Origin: an uncultured Candidatus Saccharibacteria bacterium
GTDB taxonomy: Bacteria > Patescibacteriota > Minisyncoccia > Phycocordibacterales > JAKAEA01
DNA: 64,000 nt
Direction of reading: 5' to 3'
NCBI GenBank assembly: GCA_964532205.1
Contig: CAZHGQ010000001.1
Coordinates: forward strand, 49,962 to 113,961
The stretch's first letter is position 1, and the number at the start of each line of letters is the position of its first letter. Below the pieces are notes generated by a model. It had not been told where the DNA came from, did not search any database, and worked only from the letters and a program-made list of their open reading frames with translations. Of the stretch, positions 11,249-19,485 are shown piece after piece. Made by a program: the position numbers and the translations under genes.

Positions 11249-11425
11249 TTATTTGTCCTTACTGCCTGGACTTGGCAAATCTTTTGCCCATTCAGGTGCA
11301 TCACGTGGCACTGGATCCTTTCCGGTTTCAGCTTTTTCAATAGCGTGATCGATCATTGCTTCACGCTCAGCACTATTTGTTGCTGGATTACCTTCATGAG
11401 ATCCACCTTTATCAGACGGACACAT
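11249..11425 (-). CDS. Unannotated 58-aa hydrophilic protein MCPSDKGGSHEGNPATNSAEREAMIDHAIEKAETGKDPVPRDAPEWAKDLPSPGSKDK
   Basis: AGAAAGGAG SD 6 nt before ATG, protein-like composition, downstream terminator; better supported than the overlapping + strand 87-aa ORF. Confidence 0.72.
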   Translation of the reverse strand: MCPSDKGGSHEGNPATNSAEREAMIDHAIEKAETGKDPVPRDAPEWAKDLPSPGSKDK

Positions 11426-11707
11426 GTAATACTCCTTTCTGAAGTTGTTTGGAACCTCTTATGAAGCTCATCTTACTTCTGACTTAATAATCTTAAATTT
11501 AAATTTGATGTAAATTTGCGACAGGTAATATCTAACATATTAACTAAATGTCAAAAAGTAATTATTGTGCTGACACTAAAAAATACTAAGACAAAAGAGG
11601 TTTTTTGATATTTGTCGTAGATATTAGACACAGAAATAAATTTATTTTATTATCTCTGTAATTCTGATTTAAGTTATTGACAGTAGATATTAAACTCTGG
11701 CTGTAAC

Positions 11708-11735
11708 TTGACAAAAGCATAAATCCATTTAGTAT
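11708..11735 (+). promoter_or_regulatory. Promoter of radical SAM-peptide operon
   Basis: TTGACA-16 nt-TAGTAT; GGAGG SD before ATG 11762. Confidence 0.6.
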
Positions 11736-11761
11736 TGTAATCAGTTTTTCTTGGAGGAAAT

Positions 11762-12805
11762 ATGGGTTCTTTTGAAACGTCTGCGCGTCAGCATAATGTA
11801 GCCTGGCTTACCCTGAATCGATCGTGCAACTTTCGTTGTCCGTGGTGCTATGCTCAAGGTACTGGTTTTGATCCAAAAAAGAGTCTGACCTACGACTTTG
11901 CTGTCATACTACTCAACATCATTACCGCTCTGCGCGTTAAGCTGATCATTTTGATCGGCGGTGAGCCAACGTTGTGGCCAGATTTGATTTTGTTCAATCG
12001 ACTGCTTAAGACTAAAGACATTCAAAGTGTCATTGTGACCAATGCGTACCGTTTTGGTAACAATACGTTTTGGACGGCCTACAACGAAGTTCCAAATGAC
12101 GGGGTCAATATATCACTCAAAGCCTGGGATGCCGCAAGTATGAAGTCGATCATTGGTAATGCCGACTTTGAAATACTCAAACGCGGCATTAGCCGAGGAC
12201 TCGAGTATTCCGGCGGCTCACTAAGCTTTGTAGTTTCAGAACAGTGTCTAGATCATCTTGTAGAAATGGCAGGGCTGGCAAAAAGCCTAGGCGCTCAGCG
12301 CTTAAATTTAACGATGTGTGAGCCATATATCGTTAATGGTGAGACTGAGGCTCAGGGTCTGGTTTCCACACAACGACTCAATGAGCGCTTTGTTCCTGCA
12401 TTCGCCCATGTACGCAAGCTTATGCATGAAAATGTCTCAGTCTCACTAAAAACACCCCTGTGCTTGTGGCCGAGAGACTTTCTGCAGGGTCTGATTGATC
12501 GCAAACAGCTTGTCACCGGCTGTCAGCTTCAACATCGCTCTGGTCTAATCTTTGATTACGACGGCGCTGTCTCAGTTTGCAATGGCCTCACCGACTATCC
12601 AGTCGCTAGGTACGAAACAGACTACCAGTCAGCCCCAGAACTTCAACGTAAACTTGAGTCTGAAGAAGTGGTACAATTGTACGATACAATGACGTCATAT
12701 CCGAGTACGCGTTGTAACGGATGCCCAATGTGGGAGAACTGTGGTGGTGGCTGCCCACTGTTCTGGACGTTGTATAAGCCAGAAGAGGTCATCCCTGGTT
12801 GGTGA
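11762..12805 (+). CDS. Radical SAM protein with C-terminal SPASM domain (putative peptide maturase)
   Basis: CNFRCPWC (Cx3Cx2C), GGEPT, C...GAVSVC, CNGCPMWENCGGGC. Confidence 0.93.
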   Translation: MGSFETSARQHNVAWLTLNRSCNFRCPWCYAQGTGFDPKKSLTYDFAVILLNIITALRVKLIILIGGEPTLWPDLILFNRLLKTKDIQSVIVTNAYRFGNNTFWTAYNEVPNDGVNISLKAWDAASMKSIIGNADFEILKRGISRGLEYSGGSLSFVVSEQCLDHLVEMAGLAKSLGAQRLNLTMCEPYIVNGETEAQGLVSTQRLNERFVPAFAHVRKLMHENVSVSLKTPLCLWPRDFLQGLIDRKQLVTGCQLQHRSGLIFDYDGAVSVCNGLTDYPVARYETDYQSAPELQRKLESEEVVQLYDTMTSYPSTRCNGCPMWENCGGGCPLFWTLYKPEEVIPGW

Positions 12806-12822
12806 CCAGAAAGTGAGATGTC

Positions 12823-12993
12823 GTGAAAGGCATCAAACAACTTCTTAGAGTAACCGGACAGAAGGCGCCCCCAATCAAGGGGTTCCGGTCACAACCGCCA
12901 TCAACCAAAGCAGCAGGCTCAAAACAGCTGAACCTGGTTGACGGCAAGTGCCAGTGCGCTGACTGCGACTGCATCGACGAATGTCGAGATTAG
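12823..12993 (+). CDS. Unannotated 56-aa putative RiPP precursor MKGIKQLLRVTGQKAPPIKGFRSQPPSTKAAGSKQLNLVDGKCQCADCDCIDECRD
   Basis: GTG start 17 nt after rSAM stop, purine-rich gaaagtgag upstream, Cys/Asp-rich C-terminus, terminator right after. Confidence 0.8.
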   Translation: MKGIKQLLRVTGQKAPPIKGFRSQPPSTKAAGSKQLNLVDGKCQCADCDCIDECRD

Positions 12994-12998
12994 TCGTC

Positions 12999-13039
12999 AA
13001 GCCCTGATTGTAGTATAATCACTGCAATTAGGGCTTTTT
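12999..13039 (+). terminator. Terminator closing the rSAM-peptide operon
   Basis: aagccctgattgtag...ctgcaattagggctt + T-run. Confidence 0.75.
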
Positions 13040-13042
13040 CAT

Positions 13043-13651
13043 ATGAAATTCAACTACCACTTCTCAGAAGAGTTGGAACAAGAGCGAGTCGAGTATACCC
13101 GTAGCAAGCTTGATTTTTATACTCAAAATGGCTACCCAGTACACCTGCCACAAACCACGATTGAAGCTGAGTGGTCTGTTGATATATATGAACAGGCCAT
13201 AGCAACTATTTCAACCATCATTGATTCATACAGTCATACATTCCATGCCGGTGCCTTGGCAGCGCACCTTACTCTGTCAGATGAATACAATATTCAACTC
13301 ACACGCTACGGTGTGGGAGGGAGTTACAATCAGCCAAATACGGTTATCATCAATATTTTAAAAAAATCAGGCGAAACCAAAGGCCCACAATCACTTATAG
13401 AAAGTATTTTTCATGAAATAACTCATCTCATCATTGAGATGCAAATTCAAAAATATAATATTTCACACTGGGATAAAGAAATCATTGTTAATCTATTACT
13501 AGCAAAATTGATTCCTGAATTTGCACCTCGTATTGAGCAGAATAAATCTTCCGCTAAAGAACAGATCTGTAATCTTTTTGAAACGTTATATCCGGATGTG
13601 GAGGGGATTATCGCTGGGGTCGGGGAGGGGTATAGAGAAAAGATAAGTTGA
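13043..13651 (+). CDS. Hypothetical protein with HExxH zinc-metallopeptidase-like motif
   Basis: IFHEITH with downstream E; YGVGGSY. Confidence 0.65.
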   Translation: MKFNYHFSEELEQERVEYTRSKLDFYTQNGYPVHLPQTTIEAEWSVDIYEQAIATISTIIDSYSHTFHAGALAAHLTLSDEYNIQLTRYGVGGSYNQPNTVIINILKKSGETKGPQSLIESIFHEITHLIIEMQIQKYNISHWDKEIIVNLLLAKLIPEFAPRIEQNKSSAKEQICNLFETLYPDVEGIIAGVGEGYREKIS

Positions 13652-13736
13652 CAAACCCATAAAAATAAGTTACATTAAAACCAGAAAGCCCTATTGTGTT
13701 GTAGGGTCAAGTCTCTTCTAAAAAAGGAGGTGGGGC

Positions 13737-14438
13737 ATGAATCCCACACGCATACGTTTGGTTTTGGCTCTGGTATTTGTGTTATGTACCAAAGCCTCGT
13801 ACGGTGGATCGTTCAGCATCCATACGTTTACCACAGAATCGGGCACGGGCCTGGATTCGCGCTTGTCATACACTCACTTGGTGGACACCACCATTGAGGA
13901 AATGACACCAGACAAGCTGGCGACCATCAATGGCGTGCATTTTACCCAGGGCCTTGAGCGCTGCGGTACGAATTACACAGTCAGTGGTCAGGCTGGCGGC
14001 ACGTACAACGCTTACGATGTCAACACTGGCATCTACAAGCTTCTGTACGACTACCTGTTCGATGATGAGAGTCCAACACTGCTCATCAATCTGACGGGTT
14101 TGACGCCCGGCACGGCGTACGACCTGCGCTTGTATAACGGCGGCATCTACCCGTACATCCACAAGAAGTACAAGGTAGAAGTCACTAATGGTGGTATGAC
14201 CGACAGCCTGATCGACTACGATCAATTGGCCTACGGCATGCACTATCTGCAGTACGAGTACACGGCCGAATCTAGCGCATTGGCTATTTCCATTACGCGG
14301 ACTGAGAATGCCAATGCCACTGAGATCAAGTACATGCTGGCCGGTTTCACCAATTCGGTGGTACCAGCGGCGGTTCCGGAGCCAAGCTGTTTGATGTGCG
14401 GCATCGTGATCATGACGATCATGGGTCGAAAACGCTGA
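13737..14438 (+). CDS. Secreted PEP-CTERM sorting-domain protein
   Basis: N-terminal signal peptide; C-terminal VPEPS + hydrophobic helix + GRKR; AAGGAGG SD. Confidence 0.85.
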   Translation: MNPTRIRLVLALVFVLCTKASYGGSFSIHTFTTESGTGLDSRLSYTHLVDTTIEEMTPDKLATINGVHFTQGLERCGTNYTVSGQAGGTYNAYDVNTGIYKLLYDYLFDDESPTLLINLTGLTPGTAYDLRLYNGGIYPYIHKKYKVEVTNGGMTDSLIDYDQLAYGMHYLQYEYTAESSALAISITRTENANATEIKYMLAGFTNSVVPAAVPEPSCLMCGIVIMTIMGRKR

Positions 14439-14455
14439 ACCACATTTTGTGCTCT

Positions 14456-14491
14456 AAGAAAAAAGGCGACATGACGTCGCCTTTTCTTTTT
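14456..14491. terminator. Terminator hairpin after PEP-CTERM gene
   Basis: A-run-ggcgac-atgac-gtcgcc-T-run. Confidence 0.7.
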
Positions 14492-14516
14492 GTCTGATTT
14501 TTTGTACTATTGCCGT

Positions 14517-15497
14517 ATGTCATCAACTAAGATCATGGTGTCGGGAGTAAAGCCGACTGGCCGACCACACATCGGCAACTATTTCGGCGCAATGCGTCAA
14601 TTTGTTGAATTGGCTAAGAGTCACAAAAGCTACGTCTTTGTGGCCGATTTACATGCTTTGAACACGGTTCAGAATAAGGAGCAGATGCAGCAAAATATTA
14701 TTGACGTGACCTTGGATTACTTGGCTATCGGCCTTGATCCAAAAAATACTGTACTATTCAAACAATCAGACGTACCGGCTCACACTGAACTGACTTGGAT
14801 TTTTAATACCTTAGCAACCATGCCGTACTTGATGCGGGCTCACGCTTTTAAGGATGCTGAGGCTAAAAATAAGGAAATTAATGTTGGCACCTTTGATTAC
14901 CCAATGCTCATGGCTGCCGATATTTTATTGTACAGTCCCGATGTAGTACCTGTCGGCCAAGATCAAAAGCAGCATGTGGAAATTGCTCGCGACATGGCTC
15001 GCAAATTCAATCAAACATACGGCGAGACATTTAAGGAACCAAAAGAATATATTGTCGAGAACGTGAAAGTCGTGCCTGGCACTGACGGTCAGAAAATGTC
15101 AAAGAGTTATAACAACACAATTCCATTATTTGCCACAGACGAAGAAATCAAGAAAGCAGTTATGAGTATCCCGACTGATTCAAAGGGGATTGATGAGTCA
15201 AAAAATCCTGATGAAGACAAAATTTTTGCCCTGCACCAACTTTTTGCTTCAGCTGATGAGGTGGCTGACATTCGGGCTCGTTACGAGAAAGGTGGCTTGG
15301 GCTATAAGGAATCAAAAGAGATTTTGATCAAAAACATCTCAACGTTTATTACGCCAATACGCGAAAAGCGTGAGGCTTTAGCTAAAAATCCTCAGGCAAT
15401 TTTAGATATCCTCAAAGCTGGTGGGGAACAGGCTCGAGCCGTTGCCCAGACCAAATTGGCCGAGGTGCGAGATAAGATTGGTATTGCTCTTTATTAA
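14517..15497 (+). CDS. trpS: Tryptophan--tRNA ligase
   Basis: HIGN, VPVGQDQKQH, KMSKS; start moved to ATG 14517. Confidence 0.98.
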   Translation: MSSTKIMVSGVKPTGRPHIGNYFGAMRQFVELAKSHKSYVFVADLHALNTVQNKEQMQQNIIDVTLDYLAIGLDPKNTVLFKQSDVPAHTELTWIFNTLATMPYLMRAHAFKDAEAKNKEINVGTFDYPMLMAADILLYSPDVVPVGQDQKQHVEIARDMARKFNQTYGETFKEPKEYIVENVKVVPGTDGQKMSKSYNNTIPLFATDEEIKKAVMSIPTDSKGIDESKNPDEDKIFALHQLFASADEVADIRARYEKGGLGYKESKEILIKNISTFITPIREKREALAKNPQAILDILKAGGEQARAVAQTKLAEVRDKIGIALY

Positions 15498-15589
15498 GGT
15501 GATCCTTGCAATCACCATGTGCCCGGCCACAATTTTGTTGGCCGGGTTTTTTACTTGACAAAATCTAAAAGGGTAGTATCCTATTGTCC

Positions 15590-15720
15590 AGAACCCTGTA
15601 CAGCTGGTGGCTTTCCCTCGGTGGTCGCCCCCCCCCTCGACTGCCACGCCACCAGCTTTTATTTTGATCCCCACCCCCCCCCTGAGCCCTGACTGTTTTC
15701 CCCGCAGTCAGGGCCTTTTT
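15590..15720 (+). ncRNA. Candidate C-rich small RNA
   Basis: TTGACA-16-TATCCT promoter; 10-bp stem 15602-15611/15648-15657; poly-C tracts; terminator gccctgactg/cagtcagggc + T-run. Confidence 0.55.
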
Positions 15721-15798
15721 ATTTGACGAATATATAATTATATTGAGTAACACTTATATCTGTTTGACTCTATACGGAGAAAAGATTACTATAATATC

Positions 15799-15938
15799 AG
15801 AACAGAGCGAGATTCGGTGATTGGGTTGTCGGGTCTGAGGTTTCTACCTCAGATCCACAACCCAAAACCACCTTATAATGCAAAGTTCTTTCACGAGTAC
15901 CCACTAAATTCTTCTGAATTTGTTGGGTACTTTTTTTA
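15799..15938 (+). ncRNA. Candidate rod-shaped small RNA
   Basis: TTGACT-17-TACTAT promoter; long hairpin ggtg..ttgggttgt.gggtctgagg/cctcagatccacaacccaa..cacc; terminator + T7. Confidence 0.55.
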
Positions 15939-15973
15939 TTTGCAAAAAACCCAGTTTGGACTATACTAATGAC

Positions 15974-16148
15974 AAACCATTAAGCCGCCAACAACGGCGA
16001 GGTGAGGAAAGAACACCGCAAGGCTAGTAGACTCCTCCGGCTGGCTCCGTCAAGCTTTAATTAAGATACAACCAGGGTGGCACCGCGACATAAAAATCGC
16101 CCCTGCGGATTTATTAAGTAATAAATTCGGAGGAGCGATTTTTGTTTT
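15974..16148 (+). promoter_or_regulatory. T-box riboswitch leader of aspS
   Basis: AGGGTGGCACCGCG at 16074-16087, antiterminator GGG-(UGGCACC)-GCGA...UCGC-CCC, overlapping terminator, AGUA and CCGUCA boxes. Confidence 0.85.
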
Positions 16149-16162
16149 CTCCGATAGTATCT

Positions 16163-17512
16163 ATGACAAGAATTAACATCAGTGATCTTAAAGATCACAT
16201 CTCTCAGGAAGTTTTGGTTCAAGGCTGGGTAGATATCCGCCGCGACCAGGGTAAAATGGTCTTTTTCGAGTTCCGTGATCGCACCGGTATCATTCAAGGT
16301 GTGGTTTTACCGAATAATAAGGAAGCCTTGGAAATTTCCAAAGAAATCCGTTCAGAGTGGGTTGTGTCAGTTGAAGCTATTGTGAATAAGCGACCGGAGA
16401 AAAATGTACAAGCCGATAAAGCCAATGGTGATATTGAGCTTGAAATCAAAGCAGTTACTGTTTTGAGTAAGGCTAAAGAGTTGCCATTTGAAAAGGATGC
16501 CGAACTCAATCTCGATACCTATCTCGACTCACTGCCATACACCTTGCGTAATCCGAAAAAGCGGGCCATCTTCAACATTCAGGCGGTGATTATGCGTGGC
16601 TACCGGGAATTCCTCAATAGCCAAGGCTTCACCGAGTTCAATGCACCAAAATTGATCGGTGATGACGCAGAGGGTAGTGGTGAAGTCTTTAAAGTGCCAT
16701 ATTTCTATGGTAAAACTGCTCACTTAGCTACCTCGCCACAACTCTATAAACAGATTATGGTCGGCGTCTTTGAACGTGTCTTTGCTATCGGCAACGTCTT
16801 CCGTGCCGAGAAACACTCCACCTCACGCCATATCAATGAATACACTAGCATGGACTTGGAAATGGGTTTCATTGAAAGTCACCACGATATCATGAATATG
16901 GAAACAGAGCTCTTGCGCTATATCACCAATGAATTGCGTCAAGAAGTCTCAGCAGAATTTGCTTTACTTAATGCTGAAATCCCGACAGTACCGGAAAAAA
17001 TTCCATTCATGAAATTGCGAGAGGCTCAGGAATTAATTTACAAAGAAACCGGCAAGGACAAGCGAACTGAACCAGATCTCGAACCTGAAGATGAACGTTG
17101 GCTCTGTGAATGGTCAAAGAAAACTCATAACTCTGACTTTATATTTATCACGCACTATCCGGTTTCAAAGCGGCCAATGTATACCTATGAGGATGAAAAT
17201 GATAAAGGTTTTACCAAAAGTTTTGACTTACTCTTCCGTGGTTTGGAAATCACTACCGGTGGCCAGCGCGTTCATGATTACGACCTCTTAATTGAAAAAA
17301 TTAAGGCCAAGGGTTTGGATCCGGAAAAATTTGCTTTCTATTTACAAGCCTTCAAATATGGCATGCCACCACACGGTGGCTTGGGTATGGGCCTCGAGCG
17401 ACTTACGGCCAAAATGCTCGGGCTTGATAATGTTAAAGAAGCAACATTGTTTCCACGAGATATTAATCGTATTGACTTGTTACTGTCAGATACAACTAAA
17501 GAGGAGAAATAA
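16163..17512 (+). CDS. aspS: Aspartate--tRNA(Asp/Asn) ligase, short non-discriminating type
   Basis: OB-fold N-terminus, ATSPQLYKQ, FRAEKH, GMPPHGGLGMGLER; about 450 aa, no GAD insert. Confidence 0.92.
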   Translation: MTRINISDLKDHISQEVLVQGWVDIRRDQGKMVFFEFRDRTGIIQGVVLPNNKEALEISKEIRSEWVVSVEAIVNKRPEKNVQADKANGDIELEIKAVTVLSKAKELPFEKDAELNLDTYLDSLPYTLRNPKKRAIFNIQAVIMRGYREFLNSQGFTEFNAPKLIGDDAEGSGEVFKVPYFYGKTAHLATSPQLYKQIMVGVFERVFAIGNVFRAEKHSTSRHINEYTSMDLEMGFIESHHDIMNMETELLRYITNELRQEVSAEFALLNAEIPTVPEKIPFMKLREAQELIYKETGKDKRTEPDLEPEDERWLCEWSKKTHNSDFIFITHYPVSKRPMYTYEDENDKGFTKSFDLLFRGLEITTGGQRVHDYDLLIEKIKAKGLDPEKFAFYLQAFKYGMPPHGGLGMGLERLTAKMLGLDNVKEATLFPRDINRIDLLLSDTTKEEK

Positions 17513-17513
17513 A

Positions 17514-17545
17514 AAAACCGCCGAGACGTACGTCTCGGCGGTTTT
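17514..17545. terminator. 32-bp perfect palindrome, bidirectional terminator
   Basis: aaaaccgccgagacgt|acgtctcggcggtttt between convergent genes. Confidence 0.8.
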
Positions 17546-17556
17546 GGTAAAGGACT

Positions 17557-18057
17557 CTACTCGGACTGAATGTCAGCGTGTGACCACAGCAACCGTGGCG
17601 GTAATGCGGCGCGCTCATCATCGCTCATGGTTCCCACAATGTCGCGAACATCTTCATCCTGCGGCCAAAACATAATAGCCAAGCCGTTGAATTCGGGACA
17701 GGTGACAAAGACAACAAAGTCTTCGGGGAATTCGGGTTGGGCGCGCCGATTAATCTGGCCAGTCAAACCATACCCCTTGAGAACTTCGACCGCCTGTTCA
17801 GCTGCTGCACGGCGATTAAACACCTTGAGTGCAATCACAGCCACGTGATGACCGAGTGTCTGCTGCATCTTTTTCGAGCAGTAGTTGATGATCACTTCCG
17901 AGGCCATGGGATCGTAGTGAAAGCGGCTGGCGGAGTCACTCTCGCTCTTTCGAGTCGGAATGATTTCTTGATCACTGACCGCGGCAATCACCGCGGTTAG
18001 TGCATCGCGAGTTTTCTTGTCCGGAAGCACCATGATAAAATTCATACCTGGTTTCAT
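17557..18057 (-). CDS. Hypothetical protein (GC-richer islet gene)
   Basis: 166-aa ORF, AAGGAG SD, own TTGACA/TATAAT promoter. Confidence 0.75.
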   Translation of the reverse strand: MKPGMNFIMVLPDKKTRDALTAVIAAVSDQEIIPTRKSESDSASRFHYDPMASEVIINYCSKKMQQTLGHHVAVIALKVFNRRAAAEQAVEVLKGYGLTGQINRRAQPEFPEDFVVFVTCPEFNGLAIMFWPQDEDVRDIVGTMSDDERAALPPRLLWSHADIQSE

Positions 18058-18173
18058 TCGTTCTCCTTGCCCAATGGGCTGTAAAATTCTGCTAGAATTA
18101 TATCACAATAAATAGTATCATGTCAATAGTTAGAAAGCGGCTAAAACAGGGGATTTTTGCTATACTAGCCTAA

Positions 18174-18917
18174 ATGAGTCAGTTTACGGTAAAACATAGC
18201 AGCTTTGAGGGCCCACTCGACCTCCTTCTGAATCTCATCGAAAAACGCAAGCTGTTTATCAATGACATTTCGCTTTCTAAAGTTGCGGATGATTATATCG
18301 CGCACGTCAATCAACTAGGTCATTTTCCGGTAGCTGAAAGTGCGCAATTCATTTTGATTGCTTCAACATTGTTGTTGATCAAATCAAAATCATTGTTACC
18401 GACACTTGATCTCACCAGTGAAGAACAAGCCAATATTCAGGACTTGGAACAGCGTTTGAAACTCTATCAACGCATAAAAGAATTAAGTGGCCATGTGCGG
18501 GACAGATTTGGTAAGGACATTATTTTTGAAAAAAACTCTCATCAGATTACACCCATTTTCTCACCGGACGCTTCAATGACTGTGCCGAGTTTAGCTAAAG
18601 CAATTCATGATTTGCTTCAGAACTTGCCAAAACAAGAAGTCATACCGAAAGCGGTCATTAAAAAAGTTATTTCGCTTGAGGATATGATTGTGAACCTGAC
18701 GCATCGCATTAAAAGCAATTTAAAAATGTCATTCCGCGAATTCGCTCGCATGGGTAAAGAGGAAAAGGTCAATGTCATTGTCAGTTTCTTGGCCATGCTG
18801 GAATTGGTTAAACAGGGCGTGATTTTAGTTAAACAGGAAGGTGAATTTTCGGATATTGAAATGGAAACCAAAAATATTGGTGTACCACACTATTATCCGG
18901 ATAGCCATATACAATAA
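18174..18917 (+). CDS. scpA: Segregation/condensation protein A
   Basis: FEGPLDLLL, FLAMLELVK. Confidence 0.96.
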   Translation: MSQFTVKHSSFEGPLDLLLNLIEKRKLFINDISLSKVADDYIAHVNQLGHFPVAESAQFILIASTLLLIKSKSLLPTLDLTSEEQANIQDLEQRLKLYQRIKELSGHVRDRFGKDIIFEKNSHQITPIFSPDASMTVPSLAKAIHDLLQNLPKQEVIPKAVIKKVISLEDMIVNLTHRIKSNLKMSFREFARMGKEEKVNVIVSFLAMLELVKQGVILVKQEGEFSDIEMETKNIGVPHYYPDSHIQ

Positions 18918-18936
18918 CCGTGTATAATAAATAAGT

Positions 18937-19485
18937 ATGACCTTAGACGCACAGATTGAAGCCATATTATTTTGGAAAGGCGAGTCAGTATCACGCAAAA
19001 AACTGGCCTTGCTTTTGGATACATCAGAGGAGAACATCGACCAGGCTCTAACTGACCTTGAAGGTAAGTTGGCTGGCCGTGGTTTACAACTCGTCTTAAA
19101 AGAAGACGAGGTCATGCTTGGTACTCGGGCTGAACTTGGCACATTGATTGAAAAATTGGCCAAAGAGGAGTTGGTGCGCGATTTGGGCAAGGCTGGTTTG
19201 GAAACACTTTCCATTATTTTGTACCGCGGACCAATTGCCCGTCGAGATATCGATTATATTCGTGGCGTAAATTCAAACTTTATTCTGCGCAACTTATTGG
19301 TCCGCGGTTTAGTGGAAAAAGTTACTAATCCCGAAGATCAGCGCGGTTATTTGTACAAACCAACATTTGAATTGCTTTCATATTTAGGTTTGAGTAAAAT
19401 CAGCGATTTACCAGAATACGAGCAGGTGCGAACCGAAATTGAGACTCACCAAGCCGAAGAGAAGACTGAAACGCCAGATGCTTAA
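18937..19485 (+). CDS. scpB: Segregation/condensation protein B
   Basis: IEAILF, LETLSII.Y..PI.R.DIDYIRGVNS. Confidence 0.96.
   Translation: MTLDAQIEAILFWKGESVSRKKLALLLDTSEENIDQALTDLEGKLAGRGLQLVLKEDEVMLGTRAELGTLIEKLAKEELVRDLGKAGLETLSIILYRGPIARRDIDYIRGVNSNFILRNLLVRGLVEKVTNPEDQRGYLYKPTFELLSYLGLSKISDLPEYEQVRTEIETHQAEEKTETPDA

Noticed and set aside
11201-11464. 87-aa + strand ORF from the track
   Set aside because: Shadow of the minus-strand 58-aa ORF, which has the SD and terminator.
11528-11558. dif-like site
   Set aside because: Only a partial XerD-arm resemblance in very AT-rich DNA; the other arm does not fit.
12789-12974. 61-aa minus-strand ORF after the rSAM gene
   Set aside because: Antisense shadow of the + strand Cys/Asp peptide; no SD or promoter.
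15402-15753. Gly-rich minus-strand ORFs (90 and 62 aa)
   Set aside because: Arise from the poly-C tracts of the RNA candidate; no initiation signals.
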